57,194 nucleotides of DNA, filler included, from Sphacelaria rigidula (GCA_964200075.2; 8 parts of 8 records of this genome joined end to end with filler, not necessarily neighbours in it); one strand, 5' to 3'. Counted from the first letter of the whole stretch, positions 21,801 through 34,831 are shown. A program made the numbers and translations. The notes: generated from the sequence alone by a model not told the origin.

Positions 21801-24800
21801 ATGGCATCTATGGAAGAGGAAGTTGCCAAGGCCGTGGCGGCCGGTAAAGGGTGGTCACAAGAAGAGCGCAAGTCTTATCTCGACAAGGTCTCGGACAATC
21901 ACCCCATGTTTGCCGAGAGAATAGAAGTGAGTATTCAACGAATGGTCTTGTTAAGGATGCATATGGTCTGGGAAAGTTGCACACACTAGCTGAGTGAACT
22001 GCGTTATATGGGAGGTGGTACCTATCATCACGGGGCGGATGTCCGTTACACGGCGAGTACGTGCAGTGTGTTTTACTCATCACCAGCCTCGACTTTCAAT
22101 TGATTGACTGATTGATTATCCCGCATTACAGTGGCTGATTGCTACAATCTAGCCCGTGGTCAGGAGCAACGACAAAAAAGAGCAGAGTGAAGAAGAAAGA
22201 AATGAACAGAAAAAGTCAGAAGCAACAGCGCATAAAGGAAGGAAGAAAGGGAGCGGTGACAACAACAACACGGTAAAGAACAACGATCTGCTGGTGATAC
22301 GCCAGCGTGTCCGTTACACAATTCGAGTTTCCCCGTCGCGGAACTCAGGATTACGGAGATTGACACCCTCGTCGATGGCCGCACTGTGCACACAGAACTT
22401 CACGTTCGTAGGCTCTGCCCCCCCCCCTCCCTCCTCCCCTCCCCTCTCTTTCTGTGATGTGTTATACAACAGTCCTACATCTCTTAGATGAACTAACGAG
22501 AGGGCTCCTCAGAGAACAGCAACCCCCTCGCGATGTACACGGGTTCCACACACTACGCAGTGGAAGATCATGAGTACACCTCCCAGTAAACACACACACA
22601 AACAAACAGCGAATCGGAACGAAGGTGCCGCGGGAGCAGGTTGCAGCTCAGCTTTTGGGGAACCGTGCTATTTGGGCATGGGCTCTCACCTACAAGCTAT
22701 ATAGGAGCACGACCTAAAGCCCTACTGGTGAAAAGATCTACACCTTAGCCCTTTCACAGCGAGCGTCGCCTCGGAACAGTTTCACAGGCTGACAGTCCGG
22801 AGACATCCGGGGGTTCCCAGTGGGCGGGCAGGGAGGGGGGAGGTTTAAAACTACAACGTAACAGGAAAGAGAGAATAAGGGGTACTGCTAAAGATGTGTT
22901 TTTTTTCTTGACTTTTTCAACTTCTGCGAGCGTGGGGACAGGGGGGGGCGAAGGGGAATTTTCACCTCGAAAAAGATGACGGCAAAAGTCTTGATCAAGT
23001 CAAGCAATATGTCGTTTCAAGACTGACTACAACGCACGCATTACTCCAAAAATCCAGCGTTGGGTTTTTCTGCTGCTTTTCGTTTCATGAAAGTCGGGAA
23101 AAGAGGCCAATTTTTCCAGGAAAAGGTCGAACAAGCCAAAACAAAATATCTTGAGCATTGAACCTAAAGTGGGGAAAGTTTACACTTAATTTGTCCTCGA
23201 GTGAATACTTTGTGCAATGTCGTCGGTTCAAATTGTTGAAATTTGTCATAATCGAGTAACTCATTTTTCATGGTCTTCGGCCGCCCCGCCGTTTTGACTA
23301 TCCCCACAAAACAAACGCCAACGCACTGCCGTCCGTCCCGAACGAGAAGCAAGAAATTCATTCGTATGCTTCACTACTATCACATTTGTGGTCGCTCTGT
23401 TGTTTTTTCTCCTCTCTTTTTTTCGTTCCTCTCTGGGTATTATTTTCCTCCTTCTTGAACATATCGTAGCAGACTTAGTTTTCTCGTTGTCTCAAGTGTT
23501 TCCTTTCAGCTCACCGACCTCGGGCGTGTCCATGTCGTCACACAACTGCATTTATGGCAGACCGTTCGTTCAAGGTGAGGAAACCAGCCGGCCAATCAAC
23601 CAAAGAAAGTCGTCATTTCTGACACCTCCCGTCCCCCCCCCCCGTCCCCCGAATTCCTGAAAATATTCGGAACAATGGTTTCGGAAACGGATCCATTTCA
23701 GGACATGGACCCTGACATGGTGAAAGCCTTTCAAGACTTGACGTACGAAGATGAAGAGCCTCTTTCGCTAGGGGAGCACTTCAAGAAGTTGGGTAACGAT
23801 CGTTTCGCCAGGGGTCGGAAAAACCCCATGTATTACAAGAACGCCGAGCAGGTGTGGAGGGTGGAAGGTGAAAGGTGAAGCATTAGTGTCAGTTATGCAA
23901 GGGTAGGTCGAGTAGAGTATACTCAATTGCGGAGTATTTTGAAAGCCGTACTTGAAGTACTCAGATTGTGGGTAGGGTTCCAGGAATCACTTTCCAGCTA
24001 TTTTTTTGGCACGACTTTCAACACTCTACCCTAATTTGAGTACCCTAAGTACGTCTTTCAAAATCCCCCGCAATTGACTATACTGCACTCGACCTGCCCT
24101 TGCAGTTTTGTGACCATGGCCAACACCTGTTTTACTTTTTGGTCATGGTGTGGACACAACTACAAGAATGGGGAAATTCCCCCCAAGAGTTCCCGTCGAG
24201 GTCTTATCATCCTGTTTTTTTTCACAATCGTGCGATTATTATCGCCATGGTGAGTGATCTTGGTTCCTGTGTTTGTCTCCATTCCTGCTTCGCCTCACGT
24301 GTTGAGTGAACCATCGGGCCCTGCCTCCAGTAACCCGAATGGGCGCCTGCGCCATTGAAACTTAGGAGGATGCTAGCAGTATTTTTTCTTCTTTTTCACC
24401 ATTATTTCTATTATTATTACTCCCTCCGTTCATAAATATAAGGTCGATATTTACGAAATGCGGTCCAACTCGGGCCCATCTTACTCTCTTTCCGAACCGT
24501 TTTTTTCCTCGATTCTGCCGCGCTGACGCGGGACGCACCGAACTGGTATCTTTTTCAAGTCCCACAGCACAAGTCGCTCGAAATCACCACCCCAACTTTG
24601 AACCTCCGGTCAAAACCCTTCTCATCTTCTGGTTGGGCATGTCGGCTGCTGGGAGTACCTCCAAGGTGTCAAAACGCAAAAATCTCAACGATTTGGAAAG
24701 AGCTGCGGTGAATCGGCACCTCCTCGCTTGCAGCAAGAAGGTTTGGGGTAGGGTTAGGGTTAGGTGAATCCCGAAGCCATCCCCTCTTGGGTAGTTAGCC

Positions 24801-27800
24801 TGTGACCACGGAAAGCGTCCGTCCGCATGAGCTGCCCAGTACAGAGTAGTGCGAAGATATCGGAACGGTTTTTAATGTAAAGATGGCGGCAATAACCGAA
24901 CGACAAGAACAACAACGACAAATGTCCGTTGATGACGGTAGAAATAAAGAAACAACTTCATCGTGCAATTAGATTTTCATGTGAGAACGATATTGCAGTG
25001 AAAATCCACGGACGTTGGCAATCGAGGGATGAAAATGTGTTTTACCCCTTCAGCGCCCACATAGGATATGGAATAGCTATCCTCGGCGGTCATCGTCTGC
25101 CATGACCCTCATTCAGTGTTTTTTGGCAACCCCCCCCCCCCCCCCCCCTCCCCCACAACAACCATATCGAAACCCACAAACAACCCCAAACACCACCATA
25201 CTCTTTTTTCGTTGGCTGCCCCCNNNNNNNNNNCTTCAGCGCCCAAATGGGAAAGGGAATACTTACCCCCGGCGGTCATCGTCTGCCATGACCCTCATTC
25301 AGTGTTTTTTGGCACCCCCCCCCCCCTCCCCTTTTCATCAAACAAGTACGGTGTCGAATCCATAGATCGACCCAATCCATGTGCGTCTGTTTTAGGGGTC
25401 GACACCCCCCGGTGAAACAAGAGTGATATATATATTTATATATATATATATTTCAAGTGTTTTCTGGCAACCTGTTTGAAAATTTAACCCTCACTTGAAA
25501 AGTACATGGTAGTATTAGGTAGGTAGGGAAGTTGTAGTAGCAAGTGTACGAGTCTAACACCGAACCTTCCGTGTCATCGTGTGAACGCAAATCTCGCAAT
25601 CGTCTGCCAAAATATGCAAGTGACGTTAGAAGGTGCAGTGCGATCACCCGCTTCTTGGCATTTTCGGGAGATTGCAGAATGAGTCATTCGCCACCATAGT
25701 CGTCTGCCATCATCCACGTGCAGTGAAACATGAACTCGAAACGTTGCACATGTCGGACAACTCATGAACTGCCAAAATATGTATTCTTTCTAGCCTGCTG
25801 GTCAGGGTTATGGGCTAGCTCGTCTTGACTCCCGTTCTCATATTTGTTCCCTAGAGCGCTGGACGCCGAGCATGCGAAGTAATGGCACAAAGGTTGCGCT
25901 GTGGCTTTTCTGTCCCCGCGGTCACGTATTTTCTTTTGTGTGGTTTTGGGCCAACGGATCTGAGAGTTCTATTTGGTTAGTTATTTTGACCAGCTATCTC
26001 ATGAGCTGTCCTACGTCAGGAAATTTTTCCAGGTGGGTTGGGTGTTGCAAAATTCTAGACGGTACGATCTATTTTCATTGTGTTTTTGAATGGAGCTGTT
26101 GCAACGTAAGATAGCGGTACAACCTGTTGCGGTTCAACGAAACTACGAACCATGTAATACCGTTTTCAGCGTATCTTTTTCACGGAGAGTACCTCTTTTG
26201 TGTCGATTTTTAGTCTCCCTGTTTGAATGACGTTTCAAGTAGGATATTGCTAGAGTAGGCGTATTGTCATGATTTGTCAATACTCTAGCAGAATTTCTAG
26301 GCCACGTGAGCTGTAAGGTATCTTGTATGCAAGTTTGCAGTTGATCTAAGCTGGCAAGGCAACCGCGTCAGCAGTAGCGAGGTTGAATTGGATTATGCGA
26401 TTTGACCCTACTTACATGTAGAGGTCTTTGCTTTTTGTTCCAGAATTGGGTACGCTTGAAATCGGTGGTTTTTACCGCCCTGGCAATCACTCTCCTTCAC
26501 TACCTCCAGTTCTCTGCTTTGAGAAGAGATTGTGTGTTCTGTTGTGTCTTGGCCAGATGAAAAGTCCAATCAACCATCTGTCTTATACACTTTTTACGAC
26601 AGCCCCCCCCCAAATCCAGCCCGAAAGTGTCACGAAAAAAATGGCCGTACAGCGCCTGGTGTTTAGGTTCAGGCTGCATGAAGCGCCTCATATTGGCAAC
26701 ATTGGCGAGAACGAATCCAAGCGTGAGAATTCCCAGCTGCTCGTTGTACTCGGCTTTTCCCATTTCGATTTACGTGAAGATTTTGCCTCTTGAAAGCATG
26801 CACTTTGGGGGGGGGGAGCTATAGTATCGTAGAAAGTGTCCTTATAGATTCTTATTTTGAGCTGCAGAAGCTAGTGGTTTAGTGACCACCATGCAACCTC
26901 TGCTATACAACTGTCTCCGTGGCGGTAGTCGGTTTGTTTCGAAAACAGTAGCAAACACCACAAGCTAAATATTTCCAACATTGGGTTCTCTAGGGTATGT
27001 ACCCCTGAGGTGGGGAGGATTGTTTAGTTGGCATACCAACCCATACCGGAATGTATACCGTGGTACGGCAGGGTGTCGAGCCCTGTTCAGAACAATCCGG
27101 TATGGTTCGGAAGGGTACTTACCGATATAATAATTATTACTTCATTATTATTTATTCATGATACCCCTTATAAATTTCTGAAGATACGCCTACACTGGTC
27201 GCCACGGTCGCTCAGTTGGTAACCTCGACACCCTCTGAGGGTTGAGACGTGGGTTCGAATCTGGGCGACTTCACACGATTCGGGATCTTTTCTCACATCG
27301 TGCATGCTTCAGGGTGGAGAGCGAATGTGCCGCTGTCGTCGTCGTTGTTAGCTGTTGTCTCCACATTAATAACCGTTCCGATATCTGCGCAGTACTTCTT
27401 GCTTTTAACGTGGGATTGCTCAGGCATCACAAAAAACGACAAAAGCTTTTATGTTGACCTTTCTGTTGTATGACCCCGGCTGATGTGCCCACATACCCCG
27501 AAAGGTGTAGACTGGCGTCCAGAATAGATAAGATGGCAACACACAAGACACTCACGTAAATCCTACAGAACGAGCTTGAGAATTGTTTTTTTGAAACAAA
27601 TGTATGGGAGGATACACTGTCAGCCCATTCTGCCCCCTCCCCCGCCCCTCCCGCAATCCCCGCGAACGGAATCAACGGACGCCCGACCAACCGATATTTC
27701 GGCGTCTTCGCGAAATCGCACCGAAAACCGCAGTCATACTCGGAGGGCTTGCGAAACGTGCGCCTTGCGAAGGAGCGGACCCCGGAGTTGGACGCTGTAA

Positions 27801-28423
27801 CCGTCGCGTTATTGTCCAATCGTGCGGCTGCGCACCTAGCCCTCAAGAACTACGGAAGCTGTCGTAGAGACTGCGACGATGCCTTGCTATTGTCGCCGGG
27901 GAACGTCAAGTGCTTGTACCGCAAGGCGAAGGCGGAGTTGCTCTTGCGGCGACATAGGTGTAATTATTTATGTAATTATTCAGTGAGTTAATTTTTGTGG
28001 TGAGATGCGGTTGGGGTGTGTATCATGTTATTCTTTTATTCATTGAAAAATAGGATGAATATATATATATATATATTTCATGTGAATATTGATTAGGTAA
28101 TTACTTGAGTGATTGAGCTGTGGGGTGAGACATGGTTCAGGATTTTGCTGCTGTTGTTGTAGTTGTTGTCGACATTGATTTGCAGTACTGTAAAAGTAGG
28201 AAGCAATGCAGCCTCAGCAACTACAGCCTCCATCGTCATCGCATGCCCATTTGAATCGTCTCTCATGGTCGCAGGTTGCTGTCACACGACTTTTTCGTGT
28301 GGTTTTTGTTCGCGTTCTTTGTTATTATTCACTCGCATGTGGAGCAGGGAGTCGCTGGCAGTGTGCGAGGAAGGACTAAAGGTGGATCCGACCAACAAGG
28401 ATCTTGCCAAAATAAAAAACGAG
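21801..28423 (+). CDS. TTC4: TTC4/Cns1-like TPR co-chaperone, 5' part
   Basis: Exons 21801-21926 (MASMEEEVAKA...DNHPMFAERIE), 23702-23851 (DMDPDMVKAFQDLTYEDEEPLSLGEHFKKLGNDRF...AEQ), 27734-27957 (SYSEGL...LLSNRAAAHLALKNYGSCRRDCDDALLLSPGNVKCLYRKAKA...), 28348-28423 (ESLAVCEEGLKVDPTNKDLAKIKNE). The HPxF...AxQxLxY.E..P...FK..GN leader plus three carboxylate-clamp TPRs is typical of TTC4/Cns1. Confidence 0.85.
22100..22165 (-). mobile_element. LINE/SINE-type 3' end with (CAAT)n tail
   Basis: Reverse strand reads CTCCTGACCACGGGCTAGATTGTAGCAATCAGCC..TAATGCGGGATAATCAATCAGTCAATCAA. Confidence 0.65.
23896..24104. mobile_element. Foldback MITE-like hairpin (~80-bp arms) 45 nt into TTC4 intron 2
   Basis: TGCAAGGGTAGGTCGAGTAGAGTATACTCAATTGCGGAGTATTTTGAAAG... 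vs reverse complement of right arm TGCAAGGGCAGGTCGAGTGCAGTATAGTCAATTGCGGGGGATTTTGAAAG... Confidence 0.85.
26598..26772 (+). repeat. Dispersed repeat, second copy at ~31825-32000
   Basis: Shared CTGCATGAAGCG..T.ATAT.GGC.ACATTGGCG.GAAC.A..CCAAG.GTG.....CCCAGCTGCT.G..GTACTC.GCTTTT..CATTTCGATT. Confidence 0.75.
27197..27556 (+). mobile_element. tRNA-derived SINE (family S), copy 1
   Basis: Pol III A box TCGCTCAGTTGG (27208-27219) and B box GGTTCGAATCT (27252-27262). The 3' module GACCCCGGCTG.TG.GCCCA.ATA..CCGAAAG.TGTAGAC.GGCG.CCAGAATAG plus CA-rich tail is shared with 49611 and 54125. Confidence 0.75.
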
Positions 28424-28458
28424 GTGAGTCGGCATGTTTGTTGAACACTTTCTACGAT

Positions 28459-28492
<34 letters not shown>

Positions 28493-28549
28493 ACCACCCC
28501 ACCCCCCCCGCGAGGGACGAACGCCAAGCCACACACCAACGCAAAAACA

Positions 28550-28649
28550 NNNNNNNNNNNNNNNNNNNNNNNNNNNNNNNNNNNNNNNNNNNNTTAATTA
28601 ATTAANNNNNNNNNNNNNNNNNNNNNNNNNNNNNNNNNNNNNNNNNNNN
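28550..28649. other. Artificial contig linker
   Basis: N-TTAATTAATTAA-N, 100 bp. Confidence 0.98.
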
Positions 28650-28912
28650 CGACACTTCCAGAGACAGCGGCGGCTTATACACTGCCTAATGGGTGTCTCA
28701 CCGTGTAAACACTACGTAATACGATCATCCCCATTGTGCGGAGTTGAGGTTCTCCCACGCCGCACAACATCAATATTTTCTAGCTCGACCATCATCATGG
28801 TTACCGCCAAAAAACGCAAGCGCCCTCCCCCCAAACGGTAACCCGGTTGTCTAGCTTACGCAGTGAGGGGCGTGTTTTATAGCTCTACCACCAACGCCAA
28901 CCCCATCGGGGG
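28650..28912 (+). repeat. Family A repeat, 3' half at contig start
   Basis: CACTTCCAGAGACAGC...GGTGTCTCACCGTGTAAACACTACGTA...CTAGCTTACGCAGTGAG.GGCGTGTTTTA matches 50445-50700. Confidence 0.85.
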
Positions 28913-29068
28913 AAAAAGGGGGAGGGGGGGGGGAAGGAGGAAAAAAAACAACACAAACAGGAAGAAAAGGACTTGTCCCGAGGGACGGATTGGAGGAGGG
29001 ATCAAAAATACAACAAAACGCACAAAAAGAAAATCCATGTTCATAGTCATGATGGTGTATATCACCAG

Positions 29069-32000
29069 GTTGACGCGAAGATTACGGGCGAGCAGCAGCG
29101 GCGTGAGCAGCTGCTGGAGCACTCGAAGTCAACTCGTGACCGACTGGAGGCTCAGCGACAGGCAGAGGCGAATAATCTTGACCAATGGGAGAGCGCGCTC
29201 AGGTAATCAATTCGCCCGCAGTGCCCTGCGGGGTATACATATGTCGTTCGGGGCGCCGCGAAGAGCTGTGAGTTTTGGGGCTGTCGTGGGAGCAAGGGGG
29301 CACTCTGGCGTACTATACACACCGTCGGGAACTAGCTCTCTGTGCTCATATACCCGGTGTGCATGTGTGAAGAAGGTCTGCAAAACGCGACTTCAAAATG
29401 TTGAACACCCTGGATATATAATGGCAGTACGTGATGAATAATAATAGTTGTAATAGACGAAAAATGATTTGCCTAAAGCACAGGCGTTTTGTAACTACTG
29501 TCGGCCGACAAAAACTGCAATAATAGGTCTATTTTTTACGCAGTACATTTTTTTTGTCTATAATGCAACTATTGACCATATGTTGTCATATTATCCAGGG
29601 TGTGATGCATTCTTGGGGCGCAAGAGTGCATTTCGGAACAATACCTCCCGCTAACTCTTGGCGCCGCCAGCCCTGAAAATATGGCGGAGTAGTAGTAGTT
29701 CCTGTCTCCTTGTAAGCACCGCCTCTTATGTAGCATGCCGCGTATTTCGGGGATCCGGCAACGCCATGTCCTGGTGACCCAAGTTAAAATGATACGACAC
29801 CGCGTGGGTCACCGGGGGGGTGCATCTTCGGGTTCCGACGTATACGTTTTTTTTGGAGTAGTAGAATCTGGTTACCGTCGGAAGGTTCAGGACGCGAATA
29901 GCAAAGAAACATTCGACGACAAGAGTGGAAGGGGTGTAGGAGTGCGTGCTTATCTAATCTTTGATTCCTACTCCAGTTCTACAGTGATGCTACGTTAGGG
30001 GTGCACACATATTTTCTGAGGTTAGAATCGTTCGGAGCCCTTGATCTAATCCAAAACACGACGTTTGAAAATATGTGAGAGTACGCCAGGGTTACTATTC
30101 CAATGTGCTGGGAATATCCCGACTGACTTTGCAAACGGGGATGTCCTGACCCATATTCTTGTGTATTCAGAATCGTCAGGAGCCCCTGAACCGGACAAGA
30201 TTTCGCGAAAAAGTGCACCCCTACCGTAGCATTGCTCAGTATTATGGGTGTCAGAGGTGGACACCGATGGAGAAATGTATTGCGATCCCTCGAGACAGGA
30301 AGCTTGTCCCGAGGAACAAGAGTGATTAAAGAGTGTGGTGGCGAAGGTGCACTATATATATATATATATATTTATATTGCCTCTGATCAGCGATGTAAGG
30401 TAGATTTTGTTTTTTTCCGAGGTCGTGAGTTCGATTTTCACCACAAAGCACCTCGTTTCTTCCAAAACGTGTACTTTCCCCCTTCATATCAGTTTGATTA
30501 TTCTTCCTGCTGTTTCTTCGCTTCAAAAGTCTCTACTTTTACCCACCACCCTGTAGCTTCGCCGCCTGCCAACATGAAAGATGAAATCAAAAGTTTTCAA
30601 GGCGTGGCTTCTGCAGATAGCTAAGGTAGCCAAGATTACTTCGCAAAAAAAAAAGAAAAAAAACGCAGCATTTTTGGTCTGTACTGGAGAAAAACGAAAC
30701 CCTGCTACTCGTATAACAGTTTCCTCGCTGACTACATCTTCGCCAGATCAACATCGGGGTTAAGTTTTCCGGGAGAGGGGATATAATTGAATCATCCCCT
30801 GTTTCAGGGGATGTCCTTGAACATCCTGTCTGTCAGGGCATAGTAGAAAACAAATTACCCAATAGCAACATTTCTAAAGCCCACAATTGCAAATTGATGT
30901 TACACCGAGGGAGATATGAGTTGATCGCTCAAGACCACGGACTCATCCTGAGGGCGGGGAGGGGTTGAAAAAGTGTGATGAAAATAAAAAATCGAAAAAT
31001 GCGGAATATCCAAATCGACCTCACAATGAACAGAAAGGGTATTATACATTTTCACATATGCACAGGACAAGAAAGGTCGACGATGGATTTGCCACAGCAA
31101 GTTGCTCTACTAGGTCGCACACGGAAGACTTGCTGCTGTACGTACCTTAACGAGGCAGAAATCTGTTCTTACTCTCGTCTTGTGTGCGACTCATACCCCG
31201 TCCATCATATATGGACATCGGACGTTCCAAAGGCACGCCGGAGATTGCGAACAAGTCGCGTCGATCCTTTCCAGCCTTCGTCGGGTCCTACGAGCCCAGC
31301 TGCACGATGCAGCGGGTGGAGCGTTCGCAGCAACACTCCACGGAAGGTTCTCAGGGCCGGTGTCTCCTCATCCGTCAGGTGCAGCACCGCCCGCTCCTTC
31401 TTCGTCGGATACGGTCGCCATCGGAGCGCTCGGCCGTTACGTGAACGCCTTGGGGGTAAGACAGACGCGGAGAAAAAAACAAGAAGAAGAAAAACAAAAA
31501 AGGAAAAAAATAATTCAAACACGTATTGTAGGAGGAGCAATGCTACGGTGGGGGGTTGCACTTTTTTGACGAAAACGTTTCTCGGCGATGCTCAGGATGG
31601 TGGATGGGTCATTTTGGGCATCGGCACTATTTTCACTTGAAAAATACTGAAAATGATGCCGATTAACGAAAAGGCTCCCGTGTGCATTTTCATGTCCTGT
31701 CCCCGAAGATTTGGGTCGCACAGTAAGCTCCATATATTTGGGCTCCTAGAAAAAAAAAACAGAAACGAAAAGTGAAACGCCTACCGTAGCATTGCTCAGG
31801 AGTAAGTAGTAGTGCCACGATAACCCGCCCCCTCCCAAACCAGTCTCAAAACTGCCCGGAAGAAAGTGACCATACAGTGCATGATAGCTGATTTCAGACT
31901 GCATGAAGCGACTAATATGGGCGACATTGGCGGGAACCATCCCAAGAGTGGAAGTCCCCAGCTGCTGCTCGGTGTACTCTGCTTTTTGTCATTTCGATTG

Positions 32001-34831
32001 GCATGTAGATTTTCCCTCCTTGAGCTGGTCACTTTTTGGGACGGGGGCTGTCCCAGCATCACTCGTGGGCGTTTTTCGCTTGTCTTGTGTGTGTTTGTCG
32101 ACTAATTACGTCGCAATGACGGCAGCCGGGTGGCAATAGGGATAAAAGCAATACGCAATACTACACAGTAATATATTTCGCCCGTCTTATCGAACGGTTC
32201 TCGTCTTCTTTGTTTGTTTTGCACGCGGATGCCAGTTTCCGGTATACCTGCGTCCTTGTGAAGATAGCCCGTGGCGGGTTTTCCCCCTAGAACGATGGGT
32301 ACATTTTAGCACCAGGTATAACAATGTTCTCGTGAGATTGAGAGTAGAGGATGCGATTGAGAGTGAAAAGCGATCAATCAGTGAATTTTATCGTTTCAGT
32401 TCCGAAATGCCCCTCCGCGAGGCCCAACATGCTTTCTGCAGTAGCTTGCCACTGAGGCGCTTGATATCCCTGAGTAGGATGTCGACGTGTAGCTGTAAGC
32501 ACACGGCAGTGATATAGGCAAATAAGAGCATACACGGAATGAAAGATTGGCTAGGCTGAAGCGAACGGTTAAAGCCACTTCCAATCCGCGCTCTACTCTC
32601 AATCTCACGAATACGTTGTTGTATGCAGACGAACACTATCGTCGCTATAGCTTTACCAAGCGGTTCAGTAGTAGCGTTGAAGGCCCAACACACCTCCTTT
32701 TCTCGATTATTCCCTCTAAAACGTGTTGTCGCTGTTCAATCTCGCTCAAGTTTTCACCGCGGAATGCTACGTACGTACGTGCATTCGTACGGAAATAAAT
32801 TTCTCCAGGCCTACTTGGAGACAGAGGAAGTATGCGTCAGGCGTTTGAGAGAGCGCGCTGCGTCGGAAGAGGCCAAGCTGACTGCCCTCGCCGACGAGAT
32901 GAACGAGTACGAGGGGCTTGACATGCCCAAGCTGGTGAGTTCCCCCGCACCACGAATAAAGCTCTTGTACGTGTTGCACCGGACCGTGAATCTTCCCGCA
33001 TGATAAATTCGCCCGTATTATGAGTTTGCCCACATCATGAATTTCTTCGAGCCATGTGATTCCCCACGTCATGTCGTTCTGATATTGCGTTCGCTAGACT
33101 TCGATGTTGAAGCAATGGCATACCTTTTTATTTGTATTTTCGACCTGAAATATTTGTGTTTGCGGTGGTTGGGGGTGGAGGAGAGTTGGGCGGGGGGGGG
33201 GAAGGAAGGCAGCGCTTGGGTGCTAGCTAGTCGTTTTGGGTTTGAATTTGCTTGACGACAGATACATTTAGCCCTGTGCTCCTTCGTTTGCTTTGAGGGA
33301 AGCATGTAGAAGCTAAGAAAAAAGCTTATCAACGCTGGCGACAAAGAGCAAATGATGAAAGGCAAAGTCCACAGCAGAAGTCGTACGCATGGGGACTTTT
33401 TTCGACCCCAGTCTCGCCTTCTCCAACCCGCTTTTACGCCGCGGCTCCCGCTGAAATTGGAAATAGGACGTTGGTCTTCGAGCTGAAATGGAGAAGATAT
33501 CAGAGAAGATCAAGGAGGACCGAGCGGCAGAGCACGACCTCATCGAACAAGCCCGCTGCGAGGCCGTGAAGCTGACAGACGCCCTCTCCTTCGCCTCCAA
33601 CGTCGCTGCCAGTATCCCAACCACCGCCGCCTCGAACGGTACTCCGTCGGTCGGTAGTGGCATGACCTCCCCGGGCTTCCGCGACGATGCTCTGGCCTCG
33701 ACCACTAACCCGTTTGGCGAAGTCAGTGGCAACTATGGTTCTCAGATGGCGTCGGCGGGAGCCGCGGGGCCAGGGTTTCCGCAGGCAGCAACGGACAGCC
33801 GCGGCGGCGAAGGAACGGTTGACGGCAGAAAGCTCCGGCGCGTTATGGACCTCTTTTCGTTCCTGGGCATAGGCGAGGGAGGTCAAACTATTCCGGTGGT
33901 TGAAAAAATTGACGCCAGCGACGGCCGGAGCCCTGTAGGCAGTGGCGGTGACAGCGTGGATTATAGCGGAGGGAGAGGTATGTTTGATTCTGATTTCTCG
34001 GGCGCCGCCAGCCCCGCTGCCACTGACGGCGCGGTGGCTACCGCTTCCCAGAGAGCCCCGTCTAGATCGCCGCCGGTTGCGGCGGTACCCAGAGGGACTG
34101 ACGGTCTCGTGGAGCAGACACGCGGGGACGCGGTGGCGGTGCAGAACAGTGGGGTGGTGGAGCAGGTGAGGCATGTCGGGGAACGCGGGGTACCCCCGTT
34201 GCCCGCTCCAAAGTTCTGGTCACCACAAAACTAACTTTGGGAACGGGTCATGCCCATGCCGTAGTGTTTTGGACGGTGTGAATTTCGACGCAGTTTTGGT
34301 ACGATGATTTTTGAGGCGAATTCATGGTTCCCTTTTTTTCAAGACGTCAAGACGGAAGTAATGCTAGGTCCTGAGGCGTTACGGGAGGCGTGTATGTACC
34401 GGAGTGTGCTCGACGATAGGCCCTTCGTTTCCCTGCGTTTCAGGGCCCTGCGTCCACCCACAGCCGCATGGACACAGCACGTGCGTTTGCCCGTTAGTGC
34501 TTCCCCCCCCCCCCCGTCCGAGTAATGCGCTTTATACATACGTAAGCATGGCCAATATAGCCTTGAAATAATGGTTCCCTGTTCTTACCCTTCCTCCTTG
34601 CCCACTCTCCCTGCCTCATACAAATGACACCGCTCCTTACGTTTTAACGGTTGTCTCGGGGCCCTCCTCACGTAGCGGTCGTTTGCGCAGGCGCTGGCAC
34701 CATCCCGGTTCTCTCTGTTCCACGGCCAGTCACCAGAGTCCGTGGCGCCTCCCGCTGCGCCTCCGGTGCCTGAAGAGCCAGCTACTAGATCACCCGCCGG
34801 AAACAACGCCACCGTCAACCGCAGCAGGTGA
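29069..34831 (+). CDS. Unknown protein with coiled-coil region and long low-complexity C-terminus, 3' part
   Basis: Phase-compatible exons 29069-29202 (VDAKITGEQQRREQLLE...WESAL), 31233-31455 (HAGDCEQVASILSSLRR...YVNALG), 32809-32934 (AYLETEEVCVRRLRERAA...MPKL), 33467-34165 (DVGLRAEMEKISEKIKE...VVEQ), 34691-34831 (ALAPSRF...NRSR*). No family recognised. Confidence 0.75.
29979..30240. mobile_element. MITE-like element (family with GAGCAATGCTACGGT ends), copy 1
   Basis: Left CAGTGATGCTACGTTAGGGGTGCAC, right GTGCACCCCTACCGTAGCATTGCTC (inverted). Confidence 0.6.
31535..31797. mobile_element. MITE-like element, copy 2 of same family
   Basis: Left GAGCAATGCTACGGTGGGGGGTTGCACTTTT, right AAAAGTGAAACGCCTACCGTAGCATTGCTC; similar length to copy 1. 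Confidence 0.7.

Noticed and set aside
24741..24764. Telomere
   Set aside because: Only about two perfect TTAGGG units, internal to an intron
25045..25335. Tandem duplication of ~100 bp around a 10-N gap
   Set aside because: Straddles a scaffold gap next to poly-C; cannot be distinguished from an assembly overlap artefact
27197..27270. tRNA gene (also 49611-49685)
   Set aside because: A and B boxes are present, but I could not fold a full cloverleaf, and the sequence continues into a shared SINE body
33500..34174. 224-aa antisense ORF (also 16034-16543 and 7964-8380)
   Set aside because: Shadow ORFs opposite GC-rich real coding sequence
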